From Corynebacterium sp. (lineage in GTDB: Bacteria; Actinomycetota; Actinomycetes; Mycobacteriales; Mycobacteriaceae), in the NCBI RefSeq assembly GCF_052107835.1, contig NZ_JBQEDF010000012.1:161-64160 (forward strand): a stretch of DNA of 64,000 nt. The letters run 5' to 3'. Made by a program: the position numbers and the translations under genes. Below, piece by piece: positions 25,803 through 34,152 of this stretch; within the stretch, counting starts at the first letter, position 1, and each line of letters begins with the position of its first letter. A model generated the notes under the pieces. It was not told the origin of the DNA and ran no database searches. It saw only the letters and a list, made by a program, of their open reading frames with translations.

Positions 25803-27127
25803 GCAGTCACCCTCGCGCGACGGGACGCCACGAGGCTGCGGACGTCCTCTGCGGTGCGCAGTGTCAGTGCCGGGGTGGGCTCGGAGAACAGGCTGAACAG
25901 GGTCGTGGCAACCGCCGGGTCGGTGGCGGCGGTGCCGAAGAACTCATTGGCGACATCGGCGAACAGTGGATCCGCGAGGAACAGGGAGGTGACTTCCACG
26001 CCAGCCTCCCCGTGCTCGGCCCAGTGCTTCTCGAAGAGTTCGGTGAGCAGGGCATCGTCCCACTCCCGTCCCTCGTCCTCGGCGTCCTTCAGGCCCTCGG
26101 CGAGGGCGGCGACCTGGAACGTGCCGAGCTGCGCGCCCTGCCCGGCGATCGGGTCGACGGCGATGGAGGTGTCACCTAGCGCGGCGACGAGGTTTCCGCC
26201 GGGGGTGATTGCCGTGGGCCCGGTCACGCGGGGTGTCACCGCGCCCTTGAGCCAGGAGAACCGGTCCGTGTCGATGACCTGCAGCTTGCCGATGTCCTCA
26301 GCGACATCGGGGAAGACATCGCGGTGGAGGTCCTTCAGGACGTCCAGGGCACTCTGTGCGTCGGTCGCCGAGCGGAACGCCTCCTCGGTCTTTGTTCCGG
26401 GACGTGCCCAGGCGAGTAGTACCCAGGAGTCGCCGTTGTTGTTGTCGAGGTCCTTGTGCAGGTAGCGGCCGACGAAGACCTCGCCCTCCCCGTGGATCGA
26501 CAGCAGGCCGCCCGGATTCGGGTTGCGTCCGGTGAAGGCGTGGTCGACGGGGAGGCCGTGGGTCGTGACGGTCAGCAGGTAGCGCTGGGCCTCGGTGTAG
26601 GGCGTGCGGTCGGTGTCGGTCTCGAAGATGTTGGCGAGGTTTCCGTCACCCGCCTTCCCGGTCGCGACGAAGGTCAGGTCATGCTCGGCGGCGACGGTGT
26701 CGAGGTCCCCGGGCGTGATGCCCTGGACGATGAACCGGCTGCCGGTGGACCCGGCCTCGTCGAGGAACTCGCCGAGGCGGTCGTCGGCGCGCAGCCGGAC
26801 GTCCACCGACTGTGCCTCGTAGTCGAAGTCGGCGGGGAAGCTGGTGACGCCTGCGACGGCGGCACCGCTGGAGGTGAAGTTGGCGGTCTCGGTGTCGGCG
26901 TACCTGTCGGCGGTGATTGCCGCGTCCGGCGTGCGGGACGCCCCGAAGAGGATGGCGGTGCCGGTGGCGGGAACGTTGTTGAGCAGGTCGTTCCTGTCCT
27001 TGTCGCTGTAGAGGTCGACGCGCCAGCCCTGGCGGCTGAAGGCGAGGGCGGCATTGACGCCGGCGATCCCGGCTCCGATCACTGCGATGGATTTCTGGTT
27101 CTGGGGTGCGGGGTGTGGTGAGGTCAT
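25799..27127 (-). CDS. FAD-dependent monooxygenase, styrene/indole monooxygenase (StyA)-like
   Basis: 442 aa from ATG 27127. Contains KSIAVIGAGIAGVNAALAFSRQGWRVDLYSDKD (Rossmann fold). Overall length and C-terminal helical region resemble StyA-type enzymes. ATGA overlap with the downstream gene. Confidence 0.6.
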   Translation of the reverse strand: MTSPHPAPQNQKSIAVIGAGIAGVNAALAFSRQGWRVDLYSDKDRNDLLNNVPATGTAILFGASRTPDAAITADRYADTETANFTSSGAAVAGVTSFPADFDYEAQSVDVRLRADDRLGEFLDEAGSTGSRFIVQGITPGDLDTVAAEHDLTFVATGKAGDGNLANIFETDTDRTPYTEAQRYLLTVTTHGLPVDHAFTGRNPNPGGLLSIHGEGEVFVGRYLHKDLDNNNGDSWVLLAWARPGTKTEEAFRSATDAQSALDVLKDLHRDVFPDVAEDIGKLQVIDTDRFSWLKGAVTPRVTGPTAITPGGNLVAALGDTSIAVDPIAGQGAQLGTFQVAALAEGLKDAEDEGREWDDALLTELFEKHWAEHGEAGVEVTSLFLADPLFADVANEFFGTAATDPAVATTLFSLFSEPTPALTLRTAEDVRSLVASRRARVTA

Positions 27128-27192
27128 GGTTCGGGATCGTAGGAAGCCGGACGGGGACAATGACACCGTTTGCCGCGGTGCGCAGCGAACCC

Positions 27193-27233
27193 TTGACCTC
27201 AGCGCCGGACTTCGCTATAGACCGCTCGGTCGG
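27193..27233 (+). promoter_or_regulatory. Sigma-70-like promoter (TTGACC-17-TATAGA) overlapped by a McbR-like half-conserved operator
   Basis: TTGACC 27193-27198, a 17-nt spacer, TATAGA 27216-27221. TAGACcgctcgGTCgg at 27218-27233 matches TAGAC-N6-GTCTA at 8/10. About 105 nt upstream of the MFS gene. Confidence 0.4.
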
Positions 27234-27331
27234 GGTCGGCGGACGGGGACGGGGAGGGGTAGGTTTACAGGGGTTCACGCACGGTCCGACCGTGCACATC
27301 TGAGGAGGACAATGCTGACGGAAGAGCGACA

Positions 27332-28684
27332 ATGACCGACAAACAAGCGCAACGGACCCGGGGCAGGCTCGTGATTCCGGTCGCGCTGGGATTCATCGCC
27401 GTCATCGTCGCCGCGGTCAACCTCCGCGCAGGGATCGCCTCCCTGGGGCCCGTGCTGTCCGACGTCCTCGACGCATTCGGGACGTCCAGTTCCCTGGCTG
27501 GTCTGATCACGGCACTCCCCGGAATCCTGTTCGGCATCATGGGGCTGTGCGCGGTGCCGCTGGCCCGTCGGCTGGGCCTGAGCAGGACCATCGTCATCGG
27601 CATGGTCCTCACGCTGGTCGGTCTCGCCGTACGGCCCTGGGTCGGCGGGGTTGCCGTGTTCATGGTCATGACCGGCCTGGTCGTGGCGGGTATCGCCCTG
27701 GGCAACGTGCTGATCCCGGCGTGGGTCAAGAACTACGGCGGACGCCACACCGTGGCGATGATGACCGCCTACGGATCACTGCTCGGCCTGTCCGGTGCCA
27801 TCGGTCCACTGTCCGCGCTGTGGTTCAGCGGTTCGGACGCCTGGCGCTGGGCGCTGTTCGTCTGGGCGTTCCTGGGTGCCGCGCAGGTGGTCGTGTGGCT
27901 GGTTGTCGCGGTTCGCACCGGATCGGACTTCCCCGGTGGACCGCAGAAGAAGCCGGAGAAGCTGGACTTGTCGGACTCCCCGGACTCCCCGGACTCCCCG
28001 GAACCGGAGGAGGAGCCGCTGGTCCCGGCTCGTCTGCACGACCCCGTGGTGGACTCCCATGCCCACGCGAAGGTGTCGCTGTGGCGCGCTCCGACGGCGG
28101 TCTACCTCACGCTGTTCTTCGGCCTGCAGGCCATGAACGCCTACCTGCAGATGGGCTGGTTGCCTCAGATCTACGTGGACGCCGGGGTGTCCCGGGAGGT
28201 CGGCAGCGTGGCGCTGGCGTTGATCGGTGGACTGAACATCCTGGGTGGACTGGTGATGCCCACGGTCATCGACCGGGCGCGCAGTCTCGCCCCGTTCCCC
28301 CTGGTGTTCGCCCTGTTCACCGCGATCGGCTACCTGGGAATCCTGCTGTCGCCGACATCGGTGCCGCTGGTGTGGGCGTTCCTGCTGGGCGTCGGTGGGT
28401 TCTGTTTCCCCACCGCCATCGCCCTGATTCCGGCCCGGAGCCGTTCGCCGCTGGTGACCGCCCGGCTGTCCGGCTTCGTCCAGCCGATGGGTTACTTCAT
28501 CGCCGGTATCGGCCCGTTCCTGATCGGCCTGGTGCATGAGTCGACCGGCGAGTGGGAGTCCATCCTGATCGCCCTGGTTGTGCTGTCCGTGGTGATGGGT
28601 CTGCTGGGGGTGCGTGCAGGGAAGAGGACGGTCATCGACGACGAACTCGCTGCCCCGCACTGGCGGGAGCTCACCGGGCACTGA
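27332..28684 (+). CDS. MFS transporter, CynX/NimT-like
   Basis: 450 aa, 12 predicted hydrophobic spans. AAVNLRAGIASLGPVLSDVLDAFGTSSSLAGLITALP resembles the CynX family. The central loop carries a DSPDSPDSPEPEEEP low-complexity insert. Confidence 0.75.
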   Translation: MTDKQAQRTRGRLVIPVALGFIAVIVAAVNLRAGIASLGPVLSDVLDAFGTSSSLAGLITALPGILFGIMGLCAVPLARRLGLSRTIVIGMVLTLVGLAVRPWVGGVAVFMVMTGLVVAGIALGNVLIPAWVKNYGGRHTVAMMTAYGSLLGLSGAIGPLSALWFSGSDAWRWALFVWAFLGAAQVVVWLVVAVRTGSDFPGGPQKKPEKLDLSDSPDSPDSPEPEEEPLVPARLHDPVVDSHAHAKVSLWRAPTAVYLTLFFGLQAMNAYLQMGWLPQIYVDAGVSREVGSVALALIGGLNILGGLVMPTVIDRARSLAPFPLVFALFTAIGYLGILLSPTSVPLVWAFLLGVGGFCFPTAIALIPARSRSPLVTARLSGFVQPMGYFIAGIGPFLIGLVHESTGEWESILIALVVLSVVMGLLGVRAGKRTVIDDELAAPHWRELTGH

Positions 28685-28892
28685 GTTGGTGTCGGCAGGG
28701 GAGAGGTGAGAAGTTCTACCACTGTGAGGTGATAGGACTTCTTGTGACCTGGGGTTATTCGAGTTCAATTGGTCGAACACCGGTAGAACTTCTCGCTGTA
28801 GTTGCCACTGGACGGGTCCGCGGGGTCCCGCCCTCCATTCAGCGCGATCGGAAGTCTGGCCCGCAAAGTAGACAGAGTGGTTCACTCGGGCC

Positions 28893-30098
28893 ATGACAGA
28901 ACAGACAGCCGAGCACACGCCGCCCGAACTGACCTTCCACTGGTTCCTGCCGCCCTTCGTCGACTCGAGGTACGTCGTCGGTGGGGGGCCCGGTGGTCAG
29001 GTTGCCGCCGACGGGAGCATCGGAAGCGACGAGTCGTACACCCCCGACCGTCCGGTCGACCCGCGCTACCTCAAGCAGCTTGCCCTCGCCGCCGAGCAGA
29101 ACGGCTTCGAGAGCGTCCTGATCCCCGTGGGCCTGTGGTGCGAGGACCCCTGGTTGATCGCCACGAGCCTGCTGGACGTCACCGACCGGCTGAAGTTCCT
29201 CGTCGCGGTGCGTCCCGGCCTGGCCACCGCCCTGAAGGAGGCGCAGTCCACCTCCACCTTCCAGCGCATCTCAGGCAACCGGCTGAACCTCAACGTCGTC
29301 ACCGGAGGCGAGCCGACCCAGCAGAAGGCGTCCGGCGACGACCTACCCAAGGCCCAGCGCTACGAGCGCACCGGCGAGTTCCTGGACCTGTGGAAGCAGC
29401 TCTGGACCAGTGAGGACCCGGTCGACTTCGACGGACGCCACGTCCACGTCGAGGGGGCACGTCTGCCGGCGCGGCCGGACGTGATCCCGCCGGTGTACTT
29501 CTCCGGGTCCTCCCCGGAGGCGCTCGAGGTCGCGCAGGACCACGCCGACATCTACCTGACATGGGGGGAGAAGCCGGACGACGTGGGACAAAAGCTCGCC
29601 GCGGTTCCGGCCTCCCGTGGTGGACTGCGCGTCCACGTCATCGCCCGCGAAACGTCGGGGGAGGCATGGGCAGCCGCCGAGCGGCTGCTCAGCCACGTCT
29701 CCGAGGAAGACGTCCGCGACGCCCAGCAGGCCATCGCGTCCTCCGAGTCCGAAAGCCAGCGCCGCATCGCCGAACTGCACGGTCGCGGCAGCGACTTCCA
29801 GCAGGGCAGCGACGTGCGCTCCCTGGAGATCCACCCCGGACTGTGGACCGGTGTGGGCCTCGTCCGCGGTGGTGCCGGCACAGCTCTGGTGGGCTCCTAC
29901 GAGGAGGTCGCCGACCTCATCGTCGAGTACCAGGCCAACGGGGTCGAGGAATTCGTCCTGTCCGGCTACCCGCACCTGGAGGAGACCTACCACGTGGGTG
30001 AGGGTGTGATCCCCGCCGTGCGTCGCCGCGGGTTCGGCGTGACCAACCACGGTGGCCCGCTGGGCGGGGACGTCCGGGCACAGGAGCGAAGCGCATGA
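28893..30098 (+). CDS. ssuD: FMNH2-dependent alkanesulfonate monooxygenase
   Basis: 401 aa. FHWFLPP..., LIPVGLWCEDPWLIATSLL.VTDRLKFLVAVRPG and NLNVVTGGEP...RYERTGEF parallel E. coli SsuD. An imperfect TAGAC-N6-GTTCA lies at 28869-28884. Confidence 0.85.
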   Translation: MTEQTAEHTPPELTFHWFLPPFVDSRYVVGGGPGGQVAADGSIGSDESYTPDRPVDPRYLKQLALAAEQNGFESVLIPVGLWCEDPWLIATSLLDVTDRLKFLVAVRPGLATALKEAQSTSTFQRISGNRLNLNVVTGGEPTQQKASGDDLPKAQRYERTGEFLDLWKQLWTSEDPVDFDGRHVHVEGARLPARPDVIPPVYFSGSSPEALEVAQDHADIYLTWGEKPDDVGQKLAAVPASRGGLRVHVIARETSGEAWAAAERLLSHVSEEDVRDAQQAIASSESESQRRIAELHGRGSDFQQGSDVRSLEIHPGLWTGVGLVRGGAGTALVGSYEEVADLIVEYQANGVEEFVLSGYPHLEETYHVGEGVIPAVRRRGFGVTNHGGPLGGDVRAQERSA

Positions 30099-31165
30099 GT
30101 CCGCGAGCGAGCATCCGCCGCACGGGGATCGCCAGCATCGGCGTCCTCACCATCACAGCCATCGCCCTGACCGGCTGCAACGCGGTGAGTGACGACGGGG
30201 ACGTGGACACCGAGGCGGAGATCTCCGACGAGGTAGACCCGGAGACCGTCCTGCGCATCGGCGACCCCCGCACCCAGGTCATCCTGGAGGAGGCGGGTCT
30301 GCTGGACGAACTGGATTTCACCCCGGAGTGGGCGAACATGGACGGCGGGCCGAAGACCCTCGAGGCCTTCCGCGCCGAGGCACTGGACGTGGGCGCGGTC
30401 GCGGACATCCCGCCGCTGTTCGCCACCTGGACGGATGAGCCGGTGCGCGTGGTGTCCGCGCGGCAGACCGAGGACCCGCTGGAGCACCCGACCTACGAAC
30501 TGGGTGTCGCACCGAACGCGGACATCGAGTCACCCGAGGACCTGAAGGGCAAACGCATCGCCTACAGTCCCGGCCAGGCGCAGGGCGCGCTGGTGCTCCG
30601 CGTCCTGGAGGAAGCGGGGCTCAGCCAGGACGACGTGGAACTCGTCGAACTGCAGTCCACCGACGACACCTTCGTCAACGTCATCGCCAAGGACGAGGTG
30701 GACGTCGCCCCGCTCGGGGTCGAGCAGGCCCGTTCCTACCTGGCGAAGTACGAGCGCGACGGTGGTTCGACCATCGCCCCCGGCGTGCCCGATGACCCCT
30801 GGCACCTGTACGTTCCCACCGCCACACTCGACGACCCGGACAAGGCCGCCGCACTGAAGCAGTACGTGAAGGTGTGGAACAAGGCCAATGTGTGGATCAA
30901 CGAGAACAAGGACACCTACGCCGAGAAGTACCTGGTCGAGGACCAGGGCCTCGCGCCGGAGGACGCCGACTACGTCGTCGACCGGCAGGGGGAGTTCGTC
31001 ATCCCCGACACGTGGGACGACCTGATCTCCCAGCACCAGGAGACCGCCGACCTGCTGTCGGAGGAACAGGACCACCCGGAGATCGACGTCGAGAAGGACA
31101 TCTACGACCGACGGTTCGAGCCGTCCGAACTCAACGCGGACACGGAAGAAGGAGAGGAGTCATGA
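30095..31165 (+). CDS. ssuA: Sulfonate ABC transporter substrate-binding lipoprotein
   Basis: 356 aa. Signal peptide with the lipobox LTGC, NMT1/SsuA-like body. ATGA-type coupling on both sides. Confidence 0.75.
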   Translation: MSPRASIRRTGIASIGVLTITAIALTGCNAVSDDGDVDTEAEISDEVDPETVLRIGDPRTQVILEEAGLLDELDFTPEWANMDGGPKTLEAFRAEALDVGAVADIPPLFATWTDEPVRVVSARQTEDPLEHPTYELGVAPNADIESPEDLKGKRIAYSPGQAQGALVLRVLEEAGLSQDDVELVELQSTDDTFVNVIAKDEVDVAPLGVEQARSYLAKYERDGGSTIAPGVPDDPWHLYVPTATLDDPDKAAALKQYVKVWNKANVWINENKDTYAEKYLVEDQGLAPEDADYVVDRQGEFVIPDTWDDLISQHQETADLLSEEQDHPEIDVEKDIYDRRFEPSELNADTEEGEES

Positions 31166-32049
31166 CCACCATCCTGAACAGGCCGGCGCGTCCGACGCAG
31201 ACGCGGGGTCCCGCCGCGGACGGGGCGTCCGACACCACCGCACCGCGGGACGTCCGTCCCGTCCGGCGCACCTACGGGCCGGGACGCAAACTCAAGCTCG
31301 GCAGTGCGCTGGGCATCATCGTCCTGCTGGTGCTGTGGACCGTGGGCAGTGCAATCGGGTTCATCGACGAACGGATCCTCGCTGCACCCTGGCAGGTGAT
31401 CACCGCCGCCGGTGAACTGGTCGAGAACGGACGGCTGCAGGACTCCCTGATCGCCTCGCTGACCAGGGCGGGCATCGGCATCGTCATCGGCATCGTCATC
31501 GGCATCGCCGTCGGTATGGTGCTGGCCACGCTGGCCGGACTGTCCCGGATCGGAGAATCCATGGTCGACGGGCCGGTGCAGATCTGGCGCGCCGTGCCGA
31601 CCCTGGCCGTGATGCCCCTGTTCATCCTGTGGTTCGGCATCGGCGAGGAGATGAAGGTCACCACCATCGCCCTGGCGACGCTGATCCCGGTGTACATGAA
31701 CACCTTCGACGGGCTGCGGTCCATCGACAGCCGCTTCGTGGAACTCGCCAGCACACTGGAGGTCAGCCGCCGCGAATTCATCCGCCGGGTCGTGCTGCCG
31801 GGGTCCCTGCCGAACACGATTCTGGGCCTGCGCCTGGGCGTGACCGCCGGACTGCTGGCACTGGTGGTGGTCGAGCAGGTCAACACGACCTCCGGCATCG
31901 GCTACATGATCACCCTCGCATCGAACTACGGGCAGACCGAGATCATCATCGTGGGCCTCGTGGTCTACGCCATCCTGGGTGTCGCGGCGGACGCGATCAT
32001 CCGCACCATCGGAGGGAGAGCGCTGTCATGGCGACGGACAATCAGCTGA
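31162..32049 (+). CDS. ssuC: Sulfonate ABC transporter permease
   Basis: 295 aa from ATG 31162. BPD-transporter EAA-like loop region (…ALATLIPVYMNTFDGLRSID…). The ORF-track start 30874 is over-extended. Confidence 0.8.
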   Translation: MTTILNRPARPTQTRGPAADGASDTTAPRDVRPVRRTYGPGRKLKLGSALGIIVLLVLWTVGSAIGFIDERILAAPWQVITAAGELVENGRLQDSLIASLTRAGIGIVIGIVIGIAVGMVLATLAGLSRIGESMVDGPVQIWRAVPTLAVMPLFILWFGIGEEMKVTTIALATLIPVYMNTFDGLRSIDSRFVELASTLEVSRREFIRRVVLPGSLPNTILGLRLGVTAGLLALVVVEQVNTTSGIGYMITLASNYGQTEIIIVGLVVYAILGVAADAIIRTIGGRALSWRRTIS

Positions 32050-32801
32050 CGGAAACGCCGGACGTGCGGGTCCAGGAGGTCCACCGTTCCTTCGACGGGG
32101 TCACGGACACGCTGGACGGGGTGGACCTGACGATCCGTCCGGGCGAGTTCGTGGCCCTGCTGGGACGCAGCGGTTCGGGCAAGTCCACCCTGCTGCGGGC
32201 CCTGGCTGGTCTGGACCGGGAGGTCAGTGGCTCGGGAGTGATCGACATCCCCGACCGGGTGTCCGTGGTGTTCCAGGACTCGCGCCTGGTGCCGTGGCTG
32301 CGCATCGCCGACAACGTGGCCTTCGGTCTTCCGTCGGGACGCGCCACCGACGAGAAGGTCAGGGCCGCCCTGGACGAGGTCGGTCTGGACGGGCGCGAGC
32401 GAGCGTGGCCGGTGGAGTTGTCCGGCGGGGAGCAGCAGCGTGCCGCCCTGGCACGGGCGCTGGTCCGGGAGCCGCAGCTGCTGTTGGCCGATGAGCCGTT
32501 CGGTGCGTTGGACGCGCTGACGAAGATCCGGATGCACGGTCTGCTGAAGGACCTGGTCGCCCGGCACCGTCCGTCAGTGCTGATGATCACCCATGACGTG
32601 GACGAGGCCATTGCCCTGGCGGACCGCGTCGCGGTGCTTAAGGACGGCCGGCTGAGCCTGGAGGTGTCCACAGGGAACGGTGGTGGGGATGGTGGTGCTG
32701 GCGTTGACCGCGCTGAGCATGCTGACCACGCTGAGTATGCTGACCATGCTGACCTGCGTGCACGTCTGCTGGGTGAGCTCGGCGTGGAGCCGGTGGCCTG
32801 A
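32028..32801 (+). CDS. ssuB: Sulfonate ABC transporter ATP-binding protein with a His/Asp-rich C-terminal tail
   Basis: ATG 32028. Walker A GRSGSGKST, signature LSGGEQQR, Walker B LLLADEPF. The tail ...RAEHADHAEYADHADL is encoded by an 18-nt tandem repeat. Confidence 0.85.
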   Translation: MATDNQLTETPDVRVQEVHRSFDGVTDTLDGVDLTIRPGEFVALLGRSGSGKSTLLRALAGLDREVSGSGVIDIPDRVSVVFQDSRLVPWLRIADNVAFGLPSGRATDEKVRAALDEVGLDGRERAWPVELSGGEQQRAALARALVREPQLLLADEPFGALDALTKIRMHGLLKDLVARHRPSVLMITHDVDEAIALADRVAVLKDGRLSLEVSTGNGGGDGGAGVDRAEHADHAEYADHADLRARLLGELGVEPVA

Positions 32802-32926
32802 CCCCACCTTATTCTGGGAATCAACGCTTGCCCGGGCACGCTCTGCGCCCGATCGTGTGCCCCGGCGAGCGCTTATCTGCAGAGTGACAGTCCGGCCGTT
32901 CCCGCGGAGGAGATCCCGCCCCCTGA

Positions 32927-32993
32927 ATTGTTCTACGCCCGTGCACACTTCGGAACACTTTGGGGCCCTGAGCGTGCACGGGCGTAGAACAAT
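32927..32993. repeat. Perfect 20-bp inverted repeat with a 27-nt loop between convergent ssuB and the merR-like gene
   Basis: attgttctacgcccgtgcac (32927-32946) and gtgcacgggcgtagaacaat (32974-32993). Possibly a bidirectional terminator or a palindromic extragenic element. No U-tract. Confidence 0.7.
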
Positions 32994-33045
32994 CCCCTGG
33001 GTTCTGTGACGGTGGCCGGGCACACTCGAAGGCGGACACTCCCGC

Positions 33046-33462
33046 TCAGGTGTCGAGGTTCGAGCCGATGTCGCAGAGCTTCCCGTCGGACCCCAGTGCA
33101 TCGAGCTGGGTTTTCAGGTCCTCGACCCGTTGTTCAGCTTCGCGGACGAGTCGCTCGGCGACCGGACCCCAATCAGCGGGTCCGGGATCTCCGGGGAGTG
33201 AGGCGAAGAGGTCGGAGATCTCCGCGACAGTCAGTCCCACTCGTTTGGCGACTTTGGCGACCTGGATGCGGCACGCCGCGGAGTCATCGAAACGCCGCTG
33301 GTTTCCCGAGTTCCGCACCGCGTTGACCACGCCATGCTTCTCGTAGAACCGCACCGCGGAAGGGGCCACGCCGCTTTCGGCGGCCACCTCGCCGACGGTG
33401 AGTCCGTCATTCGTGTTGGTGGTCAAGATTTCGGCGGGTACCGCTGTGGTGTGTGTCACCAT
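33046..33462 (-). CDS. MerR-family transcriptional regulator
   Basis: 139 aa from ATG 33462. LTVGEVAAESGVAPSAVRFYEKHGVV is the MerR HTH, followed by a coiled-coil dimerisation helix. No SoxR-type Cys cluster. Confidence 0.85.
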   Translation of the reverse strand: MVTHTTAVPAEILTTNTNDGLTVGEVAAESGVAPSAVRFYEKHGVVNAVRNSGNQRRFDDSAACRIQVAKVAKRVGLTVAEISDLFASLPGDPGPADWGPVAERLVREAEQRVEDLKTQLDALGSDGKLCDIGSNLDT

Positions 33463-33490
33463 TTCGAAGTTACGCCCGGCAGCTCTTGAC

Positions 33491-33506
33491 TTCAACATAT
33501 GTTTAA
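33491..33506. promoter_or_regulatory. Palindromic operator candidate in the merR / FMN-reductase divergent region
   Basis: TTCAACATATGTTTAA (perfect core AACATATGTT at 33494-33503), immediately after a TTGACT hexamer (33486-33491). This is a MerR-like arrangement, but I could not place a convincing -10. Confidence 0.35.
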
Positions 33507-33523
33507 CCATCAGCGTGGTGGTC

Positions 33524-34141
33524 ATGACTACATCGACTGCGAAATCCATCTCACCGGCACCACCCGCGACGCGTGTGGCGGTGATCTCCTCCAGTGTGCG
33601 GGACGGGCGGGTATGCCCGAGCGTCGCGGCCTGGGTCGTCAAGATTCTGGCGGATACCGAGGACGCCCACATTGACCTGATCGACCTTGCTGAGATCACC
33701 CTGCCCGACGATTCCCAGCTCTACCCCGGTGGAGGGCCGGGGACCGAGGTTGCGGACCGCATCGAGGGCGCGGATGCCTTCGTGTTCGTCACCCCGGAGT
33801 ACAACCATTCCTTCCCCGCTTCCCTGAAACGACTGATCGACTGGCACTACAGCGAGTGGATGCTCAAGCCCGCGAGCATCGTCGGCTATGGCGTCCAGGG
33901 CGGCTATGCTGCGATGGAGCAGCTACGAGGGGTGCTGGCTGAGCTGAATATGGTCACCACCCGGCGGTGCCTGGGGCTCGCCGCACCGTGGATGAGCATC
34001 GACGGCGAAGACGGCGACGGCGATGGCAGCTACATGCCGGGGGACTCCGTGGACACGGCCCTGTCCGCTGTATTGGCGGAACTGAACTGGTGGTCCGGGG
34101 TGCTCAAGGATGCCCGTGCCAACCGCCCCTTCCCTGGCTGA
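33524..34141 (+). CDS. NAD(P)H-dependent FMN reductase
   Basis: 205 aa from ATG 33524 with VAVISSSVRDGRVCPSVAAWV...ADAFVFVTPEYNHSFPASLKRLIDW. Confidence 0.82.
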   Translation: MTTSTAKSISPAPPATRVAVISSSVRDGRVCPSVAAWVVKILADTEDAHIDLIDLAEITLPDDSQLYPGGGPGTEVADRIEGADAFVFVTPEYNHSFPASLKRLIDWHYSEWMLKPASIVGYGVQGGYAAMEQLRGVLAELNMVTTRRCLGLAAPWMSIDGEDGDGDGSYMPGDSVDTALSAVLAELNWWSGVLKDARANRPFPG

Positions 34142-34152
34142 GGGCATGTCAC

